From: Trichosphaerium sp. ATCC 40318
Taxonomy: Eukaryota > Protista > Tubulinea
Direction of reading: 5' to 3'
DNA length: 64,000 nucleotides
NCBI GenBank assembly: GCA_038496445.1
Contig: JALMLS010000577.1
Coordinates: 1,116,001-1,180,000 of the forward strand
The notes beneath the pieces were generated by a model. It ran no database searches and was not told the origin of the DNA. It worked only from the letters and a program-made list of their open reading frames with translations. A program made the position numbers and the translations under genes. Shown in pieces: positions 29,128 through 41,863 of the stretch; position 1 is the stretch's first letter, and each line of letters starts with the position of its first letter.

Positions 29128-29349
29128 CTACCAGTATTGCTTTTTTCTCTTTTTTCTGATCTTATGTGGTTTGCCAGCTTTTGGATCATATGATTTACCA
29201 TGTGGCTTTACAGTTGGTATTGTTGCTTCTCCGAAAACTTGGTTTTTTGATAAAGCACTTCTACACGCCGCTCGTTTGCTTCCACTATTGGATTTTTTAA
29301 AGTCTCTACTCTTTTGTACGCCTCGTCTACTGTTTCTACTCTTACCCAT
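29128..29349 (-). CDS. Small highly basic hypothetical protein (possibly nucleolar)
   Basis: 73-aa K/R-rich ATG ORF followed by AATAAA. Confidence 0.5.
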   Translation of the reverse strand: MGKSRNSRRGVQKSRDFKKSNSGSKRAACRSALSKNQVFGEATIPTVKPHGKSYDPKAGKPHKIRKKRKKQYW

Positions 29350-29552
29350 GTCGTTAATGTTAAAAAAAGCGGTTGTGGGTCTGCTGGCTTTATGTGAAAA
29401 TAAGACTTAACTTCTCAAAAAAGGCTTACTTTAGGGTTGTAAAATGCTGATGATTTCCATCAGTGATTCCTGTCAAAATGTTCTTTTTTCAATTACAAAA
29501 GCAGTATGCTTTTTTGATGAGCATGTGTTAAAAATACTGTTTGTTTTATTCT

Positions 29553-32500
29553 TTACATTTTCTGGCAAGTTTTACTTGACGGCCAGGCGTCAATGGCTCT
29601 TGCTTTATGAACGATACAATTGATGGTACCTTCTCTACATTTGCAGCGCTATTTCTAAAAGACAAGAAGGCCAGTATAAGCTCAGAATTTTGTTCAAGCT
29701 TTTCAAAATTTACCATATCAGTGCCACTGACTAATAAATAAGTGAGTATAAATCGCGAATGAGCTGTTTAGAATCACTCACTCAAGTTTGGTGTTGTGAT
29801 GCTCAATTCTTTGAGGTCATCACACAATGTCTCAAGATGTGGAGTAACAGCGAGACCAAGTTTTTTGCTGTTTTGTAGTTGTGTTGGGTAGCTCATTCCT
29901 TTATCTTTGAATAAACCATCTAAACCCGTAAAGCGTTGCATGACATCAAATGGTAAAGATCGCCATGTACCCTTAGTGCAATACTATTAGAAAAAGATGA
30001 AAGAAAAAAAGCTTGTATTTGTCGTACTTGCAAGTCTTCGACCGTATTTGAGCGTAAAGCTTTATATATTTCAATAGCTGCATTAAAGTTGCCCAACTAG
30101 AATCACATTAGCTTGTTTTTTGTAAACGATTTGATCACGTTTGAAGTGTTGTTGTAACGTACTTTATAACATCCTTCACAAACTAATATTAGTTGTTTTA
30201 ATACGACAATACGTGGTTGTAGATCACGCTCTTTTACAATCTGAGTTATAGTCCAATTTCTCAAATGATCAGAAAAAGCTCTCCATTTCTCCACAGAAGA
30301 GTTATTGTCCTTGTTTGCTTCCTTGTCATCACTAACCAATAATTCACGTGGTCGAAGGTGCATATATAGTTGGTTGTCCATCAATGTAATTTGCCTCGAA
30401 ACCTCGTTCGGGTGCAACTCTCTAATGCTATCATATTCACTCTTGTTTTTATCATCAGCCCAAAACTCTGGTACAGGTGCTTTCTCATTAGCCCGTAGTG
30501 AAACGGTCTTATTCTTTTTAGCGTCCAGAGCAAGCTCCAAGAAAGTCGCAGATACGCCAAAACCGCTTGCTTTGCAATAAGCACAGAATTTTTCTAACTT
30601 TTGGATAAGTCCTTTTGTCTCTAGAAAATCCTCAAAGTAGTTCTGGAGCCAATGCTTTATAACGCGAGTGATACGTAGGCGTATGTTAAATAAGCCTTTT
30701 TTCTTCCATTTTGGCAAAGATATGTTTACTGGTGGATAGCAGTTCCATCTCAGGTGAAGTAATTCAAGAAGCTCATTTGGTGTTATAAATAAACGGTAGC
30801 TGAGTAGGAAAGCCTTAAAAAACAAGTTAGCCAGAAATCCATCAAAAAAAGCCAAAGACAATTCAATTCAAAGAAACCAAAAAACTTGTCAAGCTACGAA
30901 CCTTCATGAATCCTGCGTGTACAAGCTTTGGTGATGTTAATCGTTGAATAAGCTTAACCATGCTACATCCCTGTTCCAGAAAAGTGTCACTTTAAATAGT
31001 ACAGAACACGTTCAGGATATTTACTGAATTCAAAAAACGTACAATGATAACTTTTTTCTCCATTGCAATGTTTATGCCAAGTACATCTCTTCCCTCGAAC
31101 TCTTTTACTCTAGGATCAGAGCTCTTGTCAAACTATAAAAAGAAAGTACAAGTTATGACCAGCTCTTTGCAACAAAGTTAATTTTTCACACTCACGCAAA
31201 CTGCTTTTTTCTTTTTTCGTCGTTTTCTTTCCCGCGCTTCGACGTCATCTATATTCTTCAGATCAAGAGCCCGCATTTTCTTCGCTTTCTTTTTCTTTTG
31301 TTTTTTTGGCTCATTTGAAGGCAAACCCAGAGACTTTGCTACCCTGTGCAATGTAAGTTAAACGCACATAATTGTTGCACGACAAATATGGCCAATCACT
31401 CACCTATCTCTAAATGATGGTTCTCTATGTAATAAACCCGCGCTTGCGATATCTAAGTCGCACAGAGTTGCTGAGCGTAATTCTCTGGTGGAATTGGAAT
31501 GCCTTGGTTTGTCAATAAACGAAAGATTTTGGTTCAAAAAGTGTAAAGTGAATACCTCAAAGGTAATATAGGCGCAAAGTTGGAGTGTGCTTTAGGTCGA
31601 GCAGAGCGTGGTGTTTGTTGCGGCTAAATGGAGTTATAAGGGAACAGCACTCAATAGTATTAAGCTCACCCGTATGAGTGCCATAGAGCTAGAGCGTTGC
31701 ACTTGCTTTGCGTCATTTTTTTCCTTTTAGAAAGTAAATTACAGTTCAATTGGCTTTAAATCGCACCCCTTGGCGTACATTGCGCATGTTGATCACCTTT
31801 GGCGGTAGTTGGTTAGCATTTGTATTAAACTCCTAACCGTACCAATTGAGAAGAGCTTTGTGATAATTGCATTAATTTTTTGCCATGCCACTTTAGGAAT
31901 GCGTTAAACTCCTTGAGCAAAAAACAAAAAAATACCAAATAAGACTTCTCATCAATTGTTTTTTTACCCGTATCTTACACGGTTTTATTTACAAGTCTAA
32001 GGTACACTTCTACATTATTTACAAATTAGTACAACTGGATAATTGAGTCAAACCGACAGCTCTCTTTTCTTCAATCTACAATATTTTCAAGCGCAGAGAT
32101 TATTTCAGTTGCGCTTGGGCGCTTTTCGGCGTCGTCATGCCAACAGCGCTGTATCAGTATTTTCAAAGCGTTAGCTATATCGTCAGGTATTATTGGCCTG
32201 TACAGAGTGTAAGAGAAGATGCTAATAAAGAGAAAAAATCAAAACAGTACCGTGCGCCGTTCTCACAAATGAAGCTGAAGTACGACTTCGCTGTACAATA
32301 AGCGGCCGGTGGGTACCACCTTGTACCAGTCAGAATCTCCCACAGTAGTATCCCAAACCTGTATTTGTTTAGTACGAATGTAGCGACAAAAAAGGAAAAA
32401 GTGCTGATTGTGAGTGTACCCAAAAATATCAGCCTTCTCATCGAATGGTGCTAGCTTCATTACTTCAGGAGCCATATATAATGCCTAGTTTGATATAAAA

Positions 32501-33252
32501 AAAGGTTCAGGGTAGAATGCAGTGAGCATACGTTGCCTTTTGGCTGTTGTCGGTCGCGCAAGTACTGATTTTTTGCCAGTACGCAAGATAAGCCAAAATC
32601 AGCTAATTTTACTTCACGTCCTTGTTTGCTCACCTAAACAGGGTTAATGCTACGGTACATTTAGTTAGAAGGGTTACCAAAACATTTTCAAGCTTTATAT
32701 CTCTGTAGATTAGGCTCTTTTCGTGTACGCACTGGAGCGCATTGGCAATGTTTAAAGCGATCTACTACACGTCAGTAAAGCGATGTAATATTTTCGAAAG
32801 TAGAATTCGCTCATGGAGCTTTAAAAATTACGTATAGTACCTCTACGCGCCGTTGAATACTCAGTTGCTCGTACTCAGGACTTACAATAAATTCTGCCAG
32901 ATTACTTTCCATAAGCTCTAGAATCAACAGTTTGGCTTCTCCGTCCTCTTCACCAATAGCTTTCATCTTATAGATGGTTACTTACACTAACACAAGACGT
33001 TTTGCTGTAGCGAACCTTAACAATATTTGGATGGCCTCCGAGGTGTTGTAGAATTTGTAGTTCTCTTTGAAACATAGTTTTGTCGAAAATTCCTTTTACA
33101 AACACTAACTCCCCGTCAACTTCTCCCTGAAAGCACCTCATACATGTGCTACCACCCCCAACGGGTCGTACGAGAGTTATTTGATTGCTAGGATAAACAC
33201 AAGCAGATTGCGATAGTAACCCTTGGCTCATGCATACGACACCAGACGACAT
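29553..33252 (-). CDS. Protein kinase (TKL-like) fused to a RasGEF (REM + CDC25) module, multi-exon
   Basis: Kinase HPNIV, IYRDIKLENVL, KLADFG, YMAPE, KADIFG and RCWHDDAEKRP. RasGEF FLLSYRLFITPNELL, IRLRITRVIKHWL, EVSRQITLMD and NFNAAIEI. Confidence 0.85.
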
Positions 33253-33506
33253 GACCAGCCTTGCTGAGGTTGTTAGCGAAATTGTTTTGACGTTAGCTGA
33301 ACGGTGACTTTTGATGTAATGTCGTTAATATTTTTTTTTTAGAATTCCACTGTGTAAGTAGCTGTCAATAGTTTTTACAACATAATCAACTGTTTGCTAC
33401 GAACTAGTATCCGTGCAGTATTAAACTCCCTTCTTTGATGCACGTTCCCAACGTGTGTAACAGTTGATTATTTATCTTTGAGTGCCGATAACAAGAATGA
33501 ACGCAA

Positions 33507-34516
33507 TTATTCAAACGTTTTAAACTCTATGTCGCCTTCTTCTTCTTCGTCTACTGCCAAATCTTTTTGTTCTTCTTCGTTACCAACAGGCACTATATCA
33601 GCGGTTGTGGCGGCTAAACGTACATCAGCAAGTTCAACTTTCGGGCACTTGTTGGTTTGTTGTACGTGATTCTGGTGGCTGATACTTAGGTACTTCTGAT
33701 AGTGATCGCTTACGCTCTGCTAAAAATGGTGCTGAGGCACTGGTAAGGTTCTCTGTTGGCTCTTCTTTTTTTGTTGCTGCTTCTCCTCTATGTGAATAAA
33801 TCAGGGACTGCAAATCTCAAGCATTTGGGAACTTGCTTACGAAGGGAAAAAATGTACAAAGATAAAAATGACATTTTTGATTATACCTATTCATCTTTTG
33901 TACTGACTCTATACTTGACGAGACTAAGTTTTTTATGCTATCAAACGTTGTTATTTGACCCAAGCTTTTAATAGAAGCCATTGTATATTCCAGATCGTAG
34001 TTAAAGTCATTAACAACTGTTGTTTCCTTTTTCATGTGTTGCTAGAAATTTTGAAAATGAACGTTAGAAATGTCAAACTAATTGTAGAGTAAGTGACTCA
34101 CTTTCATTGTAACGAGTTTTGGCACGTTACGGCGAATGTGATCAGTAATGTGGTAAAGCCCTATACTGGATGCATCTATTAAAATACGCGTGAAAAGCAG
34201 TATTAATGGTACCTAGGTTCGTTCGCAAGGTTATGGAGACACTCGCACATTTTTTTGTTCGCTTTAACAGTTATTTTTTAATTAGGTTTAACAACGCCTT
34301 ACCTCGCATAACCCTATCCGTTGTGTCATTATCAAGGAAGTGTTGAACTTTTGTAGCTACTTTCGGTGCTGGTCTATCTTGTGCTGCTTCTGCACGCTTT
34401 AATTTCTCGTCAGCCTTAGTTTTGAGGCGTTCAAAATTCTCTTTGTCTCTTATAGCCAGCGTGACTTGGTCAGCCTTTTGTTTAGCGGTAATTTGACTTG
34501 CGTGCACCGCTTGCAT
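33507..34516 (-). CDS. BORCS8: BORCS8 (MEF2BNB)-like BORC subunit, multi-exon; 3' end approximate
   Basis: SSIGLYHITDHIRRNVPKLVTMK...YDLEYTMASIKSL...FDSIKNLVSSSI resembles the BORCS8 core (SVALYRLQEHVRRSLP...YTVEYACSAVKNL). Confidence 0.65.
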
Positions 34517-34612
34517 CGCGGGGTGGCGTTAACTCGCTCAGACAGGCAATTATGTTTGAAAACAACGGACCGTTACAATCAGCCTTTTAGCAAAAGGGAT
34601 TAGCGCAATAAA

Positions 34613-35094
34613 ATGGCTACCATGGTACTATTGGGTAACACAGTTGTTGTACTGACTTCAAACAGGCAGACCTTCCTATTGTGAGCGACATAGCACATGA
34701 GGATGATGAAAAGTACATCATAACGCTTACATCGTGGAATGAGGGCGACAAAAAAGAATACGCATTTGTTTCATACAGTGGGTGCAGGTGCGACTAACCA
34801 TAGCGTCAGGAGTGACCTAAAACATACTACAACACTTGTTGCTCTGAATTGAACGCCATTAGGTACCACAGCAATATAACGCGTAAGTATCGAGAAAAAA
34901 TAGAAGGGAAGGCAACTTGTCGCATTTTAGGAGGTGGCATTATAACAATTGACAACAATAACAAACACATCAAGACTTATGGTCAAAGTGGGGCGTATGG
35001 TCCTCCAAATGAAGAACTGTTGAGAAGAGTTATAGACAAAGTGTTTCCAGACTACAAAAAGGATGTCACTATCACTGATTATGTAAGAGATTGA
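34613..35094 (+). CDS. PHPT1: Janus/Ocnus family phosphohistidine phosphatase-like
   Basis: KYII...YHSNI...CRILGGGIITIDNNNKHIKTYGQSGAYGPP...FPDY. Confidence 0.8.
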
Positions 35095-35256
35095 ACACGT
35101 GCAATTTCTTGATTTGCGAATAAGAACAACCAGATGGCACCTTACAAGAAACTACATTAAAGCCAAGCCGTTCTCACGATTTGTTTTTTCTTCTTTTTTT
35201 TTTGCCTTCTCAAAGAAGGTGCAAATAAAAACAAGAATACAAGTAGCGTTTTGGTC

Positions 35257-36068
35257 TTAAAGACAAAAACCGATCGCAAATCCTGGAGTACCAATGTTGT
35301 TCATTCCAAGAGGATCAATTCCAGACATATCTACTACACTATCACACCAGTTTGATCCAGTATTTGCACAACCTGTACTTTCGCAAAACACGGTCAAGCT
35401 TGTTGAAACTCCTTGAACTGTTTGTGGGAAACCGGCACCGCCTACTGTTTGTTCGAAAACAGGGTTGCCATCACAAGACAGAGTGAATACTACAGCTGTA
35501 TCTGGAGAGAAATTTGTAGGTGGACTGAATTCATAATCATAAGTAAGGCCCGGCAATGTATATTCAGGAAAGTTTTGGTTGTTTCCAAAGACTATTATAG
35601 GGGCTGGCCCGGTGCGCTTCAGTTCTATTCGTGGTAGAGTATAGTCTTGACCATCAACATTCAATATGCAACCCTCTAGGTTTACCACAACAGAATGAAA
35701 AGCTTTATAAGATAACTCAATGAACTGGCCGTCTTGTGGATTCATGCCATTAGGGTTCACCATGAATTCAGTAATAATCATTTGGTCTTTTACCGGTCTA
35801 TACATCATTAATGTTGGAGGGTCTGTCGTTGGTGGCTCGGTCACCATAGGAGGTTGTTGTTGGTGGAGCAGTAGATGGAGCTTCTGTCGTTGGCGCTTCG
35901 GACGTTGGAGGCTCTGTAGACGGAGCGCTTGGTTGAAATGCTCCACAATCTTCTATCTCGCACAAAACGTTGGTGGATTTGTCCGCAGAACAGCATCTGT
36001 CAATAGTTTTAGATGAAATGGGAGGGTATTCGTTTAATTTCTGGTATTGTTCTGCGTTAATAACAATA
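35257..36068 (-). pseudogene. 3' exon of the interrupted secreted gene: Cys-rich segment, PT linker, bacterial-type lamin-tail domain; 1-nt frameshift near 35855
   Basis: From 36068 it reads IVINAEQYQKL...PSTEPPTSEAPTT and needs a 1-nt shift to continue QPPMVTEPPTT...IITEFMVNP...GQFIEL...NWC...GTPG. Confidence 0.75.
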
Positions 36069-39000
36069 CTATTGTAGGGTATCTTCAGAGAAACCCATTT
36101 TGGAACTGATCTTTAATTTATCAGCCCAATTTGCACGTATGTAATGTCGGTCGCTGTCGCTGTTCATACTCCACTTCGCTATATCCATATATACGACTCT
36201 AGGTATGTCACCGTAAGCTGCAAGCGTCGCTCCCGTAATACGGCCTTGTCGACCGCCAGCTCTTCCTTTGTGTCCAGCATATTTAGCAACGCTTTTGAAA
36301 ACTGCTGATATGCCAGATGGACCCAATCTAGTGTTTTTGTTTTTTAATGTAGTGAAAAACGGCTTTGTATTCCACTTCTGAATAAAGTTGATGTAATCGC
36401 GTAATATCTTTACTGGACACATGTACTCGTCGCCAGTCGCATCAATGTTTACCACATGTGGTACTCCTCCTTGTGATGTTTTTGTACGCATAAAAGTGAC
36501 AACGATTTTGCCGTCACGATATACCACATGGTCTCTGTCCAATATTTCTGTCACTTTTGGTCTTTGCATGCATCTGATGTACAAGGCTATGATAGCACCG
36601 TCACGGAAATATTTGTGGTCGGGTACACGTTTGTACGCGTGTTTGCGCCAATGTAAGAGCCATGTCATATCAAATGTTGGCATCTTTTCTTTTCTAGGAC
36701 GCGCTTTTGCAATACCTTTTTTCACTAACGAAAGCAAGTGAGCATCGTCTTGTTCTGTCGGAGGTTTGTATCCTGCTGCATTATGGATCATCGTGATTGC
36801 TGCTGACGCTGTACGACCAATAGATGTAGCGCCTTGTCGATAACGATGTGTAATATACATCGCCACTGTTGCCGGTGTTGTAGGTAAGTATTGAAACTTA
36901 TGATCCTCACAATACTGTGTAAAGAGATACCACTCTCTACCATAAGAATTGTAAGTGTTGTATGCGCTGCTGTCAGCAATAAAAGCACCAATTTGTTTCA
37001 AGTTGATGTCGTCTGCGTTTTCGATTTGAAGTGAACTGCCAAGTACGTCCATCGACAGTTCTTGAACGGTTCTACGAAACCACTTGCCCCTGTCAGAAAA
37101 ACGTCCTGTCCTGAACCGAGCTCGATGAAGTCCGTCTGCATCTGTAGCACCAACGGCCACCAAGGTTGAGCCGCCCACACCGGTAGTACGACTGTTGCTG
37201 TCGCGTTTTGTTCGCGAATCAGTCTTAGCACGCTTCCTATAAGACGTGCTGGAGGACATGCGTAGTTTATCTCGTTCCTCCAACAGGTCTGAAAATTATC
37301 ATGGTATTATACCGTACTTTATGGTATAATCACCTTTTATGGTACAAGCTCAGTATAATCCATAATTATACCATATAATTATACCATAAAATATGGTATA
37401 ATACCATGTTTTTTGGACAAATGGTATAACAGCCATTATACCATGTTTATACCATATTTCAATTTATAGAATATAATTATACCATAAAACATGGTATTAT
37501 ACCATGGTATTATACCACATTTTACAGTACATTATACCATGCATTATACCATATAATTATACCATAAAACATGGTACTATACCATGGTATTATACTGCAT
37601 TTTAAAGTATATTATACCATGCATTATACCATATAATTATACCATAAAACACAGTATTATACCATGGTATTATACTGTATTTTAAAGTATAGTATACCGT
37701 GCATTATACCATATAATTATACCATAAAACACGGTATTATACCATGGTATTATACTGTATTTTACAGTATTGTATACCGTGCATTATACCATATAATTAT
37801 ACCATAAAATGTGGTATTATACCGTGGTATTATACTGTATAAGTATAAGTTAGTCAAAGCTCACTTGGTCTATACTTGATTTAATAGCCTTTGGCCCTAC
37901 GCAAACGCCATACCACACAATGCTTTGACAGTAGCCGTTATTGAACATAATTGGCATATAAATGTGTGAAAAACAGTTTTAAGAGAGAAATCTGGTAACG
38001 CGCCCCAATTGCGGGCGTTTTAGGGATAAATTGGCCAATTTTCTCCGATTGACAGTATTTGAGGAAGAAACCACTCCACGTACCCCATGTTAGAACGCTA
38101 CAGTGGTAGACACACCAAAAACGCGTTTAGCGCTTGAAAAATGCCCATTCGCAAAAAACCTCCAGTTGGAGGTTTTTTTCCCCGGCTCTCATTTTTTTCT
38201 CCCCTCCATAGGCATTTTTACACTCAATCAACGCCATACAGCCTCATTTACCAAATCAGGAGCAAAATTATTTATTTTTTTTTGACATTTTTGATATACG
38301 CTCCAATGCATGTTAAAACGCGTGAATAGTGCTATAAGGCCAAGTTGTTTCAGAGCCTACCCATTTTTTGAGTTTTTTGGTTTTTTTTGGATTTTTTTGG
38401 ATTTTTTTGAATTTTTCCCTACTAAACGCCCGCATTTGCCAGAACAGATAGCATTTAGGCTTCACACCCATGCGTTGACCTTACGAGTGATATTATAAAC
38501 CAATTGGCTAAGTCAGAGCACAAAACTAAGTCTTGTCCAGTTTATCGCCCGCACAACACAAGGTACGCTAAAAGTAGTTGTTTTGAAGCCGCTTGCCATA
38601 GGTTTTAACCAAGCTAAATAGATGATAAAAAAAAAACCAAGATGTGTTAGCTAACAGGTACGATTCCGCTAGAACTTGTTTCCGATGAAGTTGGCAGTTA
38701 TTTTCATTTCTTTGTTTTAGTCTTGGTTTGGCTCCACCACACAGGTCATTTGTTACTCCCAGTGCTGCCACCACAACAAAACAGCAATTTTTGTACGACT
38801 ATTTATTTTGTGCATCAAGCCTTCACTAATTCTTCTTCTAGTTTTCATGCTATGTCCATTCGAAGCACTTACAGCAAGTACAATATTTTTTTTGAAGGTT
38901 ATTTGATGTGTCAACTACCACAAAAGAGGATATGGACAAAACCAAAGGTCACGGATGTAAACAAAAAAATGTATTAATAAATGTGGTTTTATTATTAGAA

Positions 39001-41863
39001 CAGTTTTTACACGGTATAATACACTTGGTTTTGTGGTATAATCTACCAAGTTTTAAGGTATAATATACCAGACTTTGTGGTATTATACTGTGTTTTATAC
39101 CATGTTTTATGGTAGAATTATACCATATATTGCATTTTTTCAGATGAAAAAATATGGTATAAATTCGCACTTTCTACTGCATATTTATGGTATAATTTGG
39201 CTGTTTTATGGTATAAATCCTTTGATTTATGGTATATTATACTGGAATTTGTGGTATAAAATTGTAATCAATGGTATAATTATACCACAAATTCATGGTA
39301 TCTACCATAAAAACAGCTCGAGAATTTTAGACCTGATCCTGAGCCATTCCATTCACCGCTTCTGTGCCTGGTTGATACCAGCGTGTGTTGAAGCGATCCA
39401 GCTGTGTGTTGTATGCTGTTGCGAACCTGTCGACTGTGTGAGGTCCGAACGCTTGCTGTATTTGGTGAAAGAAAGACGGTCTGATCATCCAATCTTCGAC
39501 GTCTATCAATCGACTCGGCCAATCCGCAGAATTCTCCTCGGACGGTATCCACTGCGGTTTTAGCAGTGTTGCATTTTGTTGCAGAAGGAATAACCACGTA
39601 TCCTTCACTATCTTGTCTCGCGCCGGGTTGCGAGATCCTCTCCAAAGCCAAGACACTACGCTGGTGCTGTCGATCTTCATCTGCACTACTCTGTCTTGTA
39701 CAGGGCTGAAACTAAATAAGGCTTTTTTTGCAAAAGCCATTTTTTTGCCACCAAATACAGCCTTATTTTTCACCAAATTGCCTTGTTTTTGCCAAAAAAA
39801 ATGGGCAAATATGAGGCATTGCCTTGTAATTTTGGGCTTTGGAGCCTCATATTTGGGCCAAATAGCAAGCAACTGGTTCACTAATTAGCCTTAAAATAGC
39901 CTGCATTGTTGGTCCAATAATGCCTCATTTTTTGTGCAACAATAAGGCATTTTTGCCCTCAATTTTTGGGCATAACCCAGGCACCATATACTCATAAAAC
40001 AAGGGTTTATATAGGCATACAATAGTGATTCATTTATTAAAGTACAGTACACAAAACACAAAAAACTTCAATGTCCTCCATGTGAAAAAAAACCTTTAGT
40101 TAAAAAAAAAATTAACAAATTATTGGTATAATTTTCGCGGACTGGAAAAATGGTTTAAAGTACCTATACTCCTGTTGTAGGTGGATTTGGGTGCTGCGGT
40201 TCGAATGGCGGTGGTTTCGTTAGAATCCATAAAATACTAAGCGCGTGGTGACGGCGTCTATATAAAACGTCAGTAGTAAATGAAAAAAAAATGTTTAGGA
40301 AGTGTTGGTGTGGTGGAGACTTACCTTAAACCAATGTATCCTTAATGTACAATGTGTACACAACCAATGCCTAATTGGTGCCTATAAATTTAAGGCTGGC
40401 AATGCATAAAAAAACTAGGGCAGGCATTGCCTAAAAAAAACAAGGCATTGCAACAATTAAGGCATTGCCCAACAAAGCCTTATTTCAATGCCTGATTTTT
40501 GCCTTTTCTGCCATTGCCTTTGCAAAATCAGGCATTGCCATTTTTGCATACCTGATTTTTGCCATCAATGCCTGATTTTAAAAAAATGCCTTCATATTTA
40601 AGGCAAAGCCTTGTTTAGTTTCAGCCCTGTATTTGCGCTTTGTATGCTTTGAGGGCTAGATGGACTGCCCATAACTCTAATTCGTTGATGTGCAATCCTA
40701 GTTGAGGTTCGTGCCAATTTCCTCTGGCTTGTGGTAGACCTTTGATTGTTCCTGACCATGCTGCTTCGGATGCGTCTGTCTCGATGATAAATACGGTTTC
40801 TTTTCTCCACAATGTTTTGCCGTTCCATCTCAGAAGTGCTTCTCTCAACCACTCTATGTCTGCTTGTAGTTGAGGGTCTGGGCGTACCAATGAATTCCAG
40901 TTCATCCAAGGCAATGTTACCTGTCCTATCGTGCGGTAAAAGCTGCGACAGAACACTCTTGCTGGTGTGAAAGCTTCTTTGGTTGCAACCAACTTTCCGA
41001 CTATGCTTGACAGCTCTCGTATGTGCACCAAATTTCTTCTTCGAATTGACTTTGATAATTTTTTCAATCCTTCGCGTATGTTTTTGATCTTCTTTGCTGG
41101 TACGCGTAACTCGCCTTTGCTTGTGTCGATGATCATACCCAAGTGCTCTATAACTTGAGTTGCTTCCCAGTGTCCTTTGTCTGGTTGGTTTTGCCAACCC
41201 AGTTTGTCGAACAATGGCTTCAGAATTGTATCTCTGATGTGTATCAATTCGTTCTTTGTAGGGGCTCCGATAATCCAATCGTCGATCCAAATTAAAAATG
41301 TTATTCCCATCTTCCGTAAGTGCCTGACCATAGCACGGTTTATCTTTGTAAACAGCCACGGAGCAAAGCGTACTCCGAAAGGCATTCTTGTCCACCGGTA
41401 AATCTTTCCTTTCCACACGAAGCACAGCCAACGCTGACTTCTCTGATGCATCTTTATGTGATGAAAGCCGGATCGAAAGTCGCCTGAGGCCATCCACCAT
41501 CCTAGACCTATTTGTTTTATGAACACTCCCAGCCCTTCGAACTTTGTGTAAGCTGGAGTGATTCCATTGTTGAGACCTCTTGCATCGAATACCATTCGAA
41601 ACAGGTCTTTGGTTGTTCCCTTTGGAACAAAATGAACTGGACTTATATGAAACGGATTCTCTTCTAACTGAACGACACCGGTTTTGAGAAGCTTCTTTAT
41701 TTCTGAAGTTCCAAACTGTTCTTCCTTCACATTCTTGATCCAATTCCCTCGTCTGTGCTGCCAAACAAGCGGTCGATCTACCAAGAATTCGAACCCATTT
41801 TTGATACCTTGTACTATCCAGTTCTCGGCGCCTATATCTCTCCACCCCTCCCATTTTAACCAC
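36069..41863 (-). CDS. Tyrosine recombinase ORF (interrupted by two TIR elements); N-terminal part overlaps pol in another frame
   Basis: SAM-like TYNSYGREWYLFTQYC...VAMYI, box I CMQRP, RTKTSQ, CPVK, GRQGRITGAT and AKWS...HYIR. After excising both insertions the frame is 2811 nt (937 codons) and open. Confidence 0.9.

Noticed and set aside
36055-36071. Host flank AACAATAC also found in R and the 43280 hairpin (guide/bridge-RNA-like targeting)
   Set aside because: These are only 8-9-nt AT-rich matches, and AACAAT is common throughout the array, so they are not distinguishable from chance at one site.
37850-38990. Further nested element or transposase remnant inside the 2-kb TIR element
   Set aside because: Only a weak TAGCC...GGCTA inverted match without a TSD, and no recognisable coding motif.
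39701-40629. hAT classification of the MITE
   Set aside because: No 8-bp TSD, and frame restoration requires a TA duplication.
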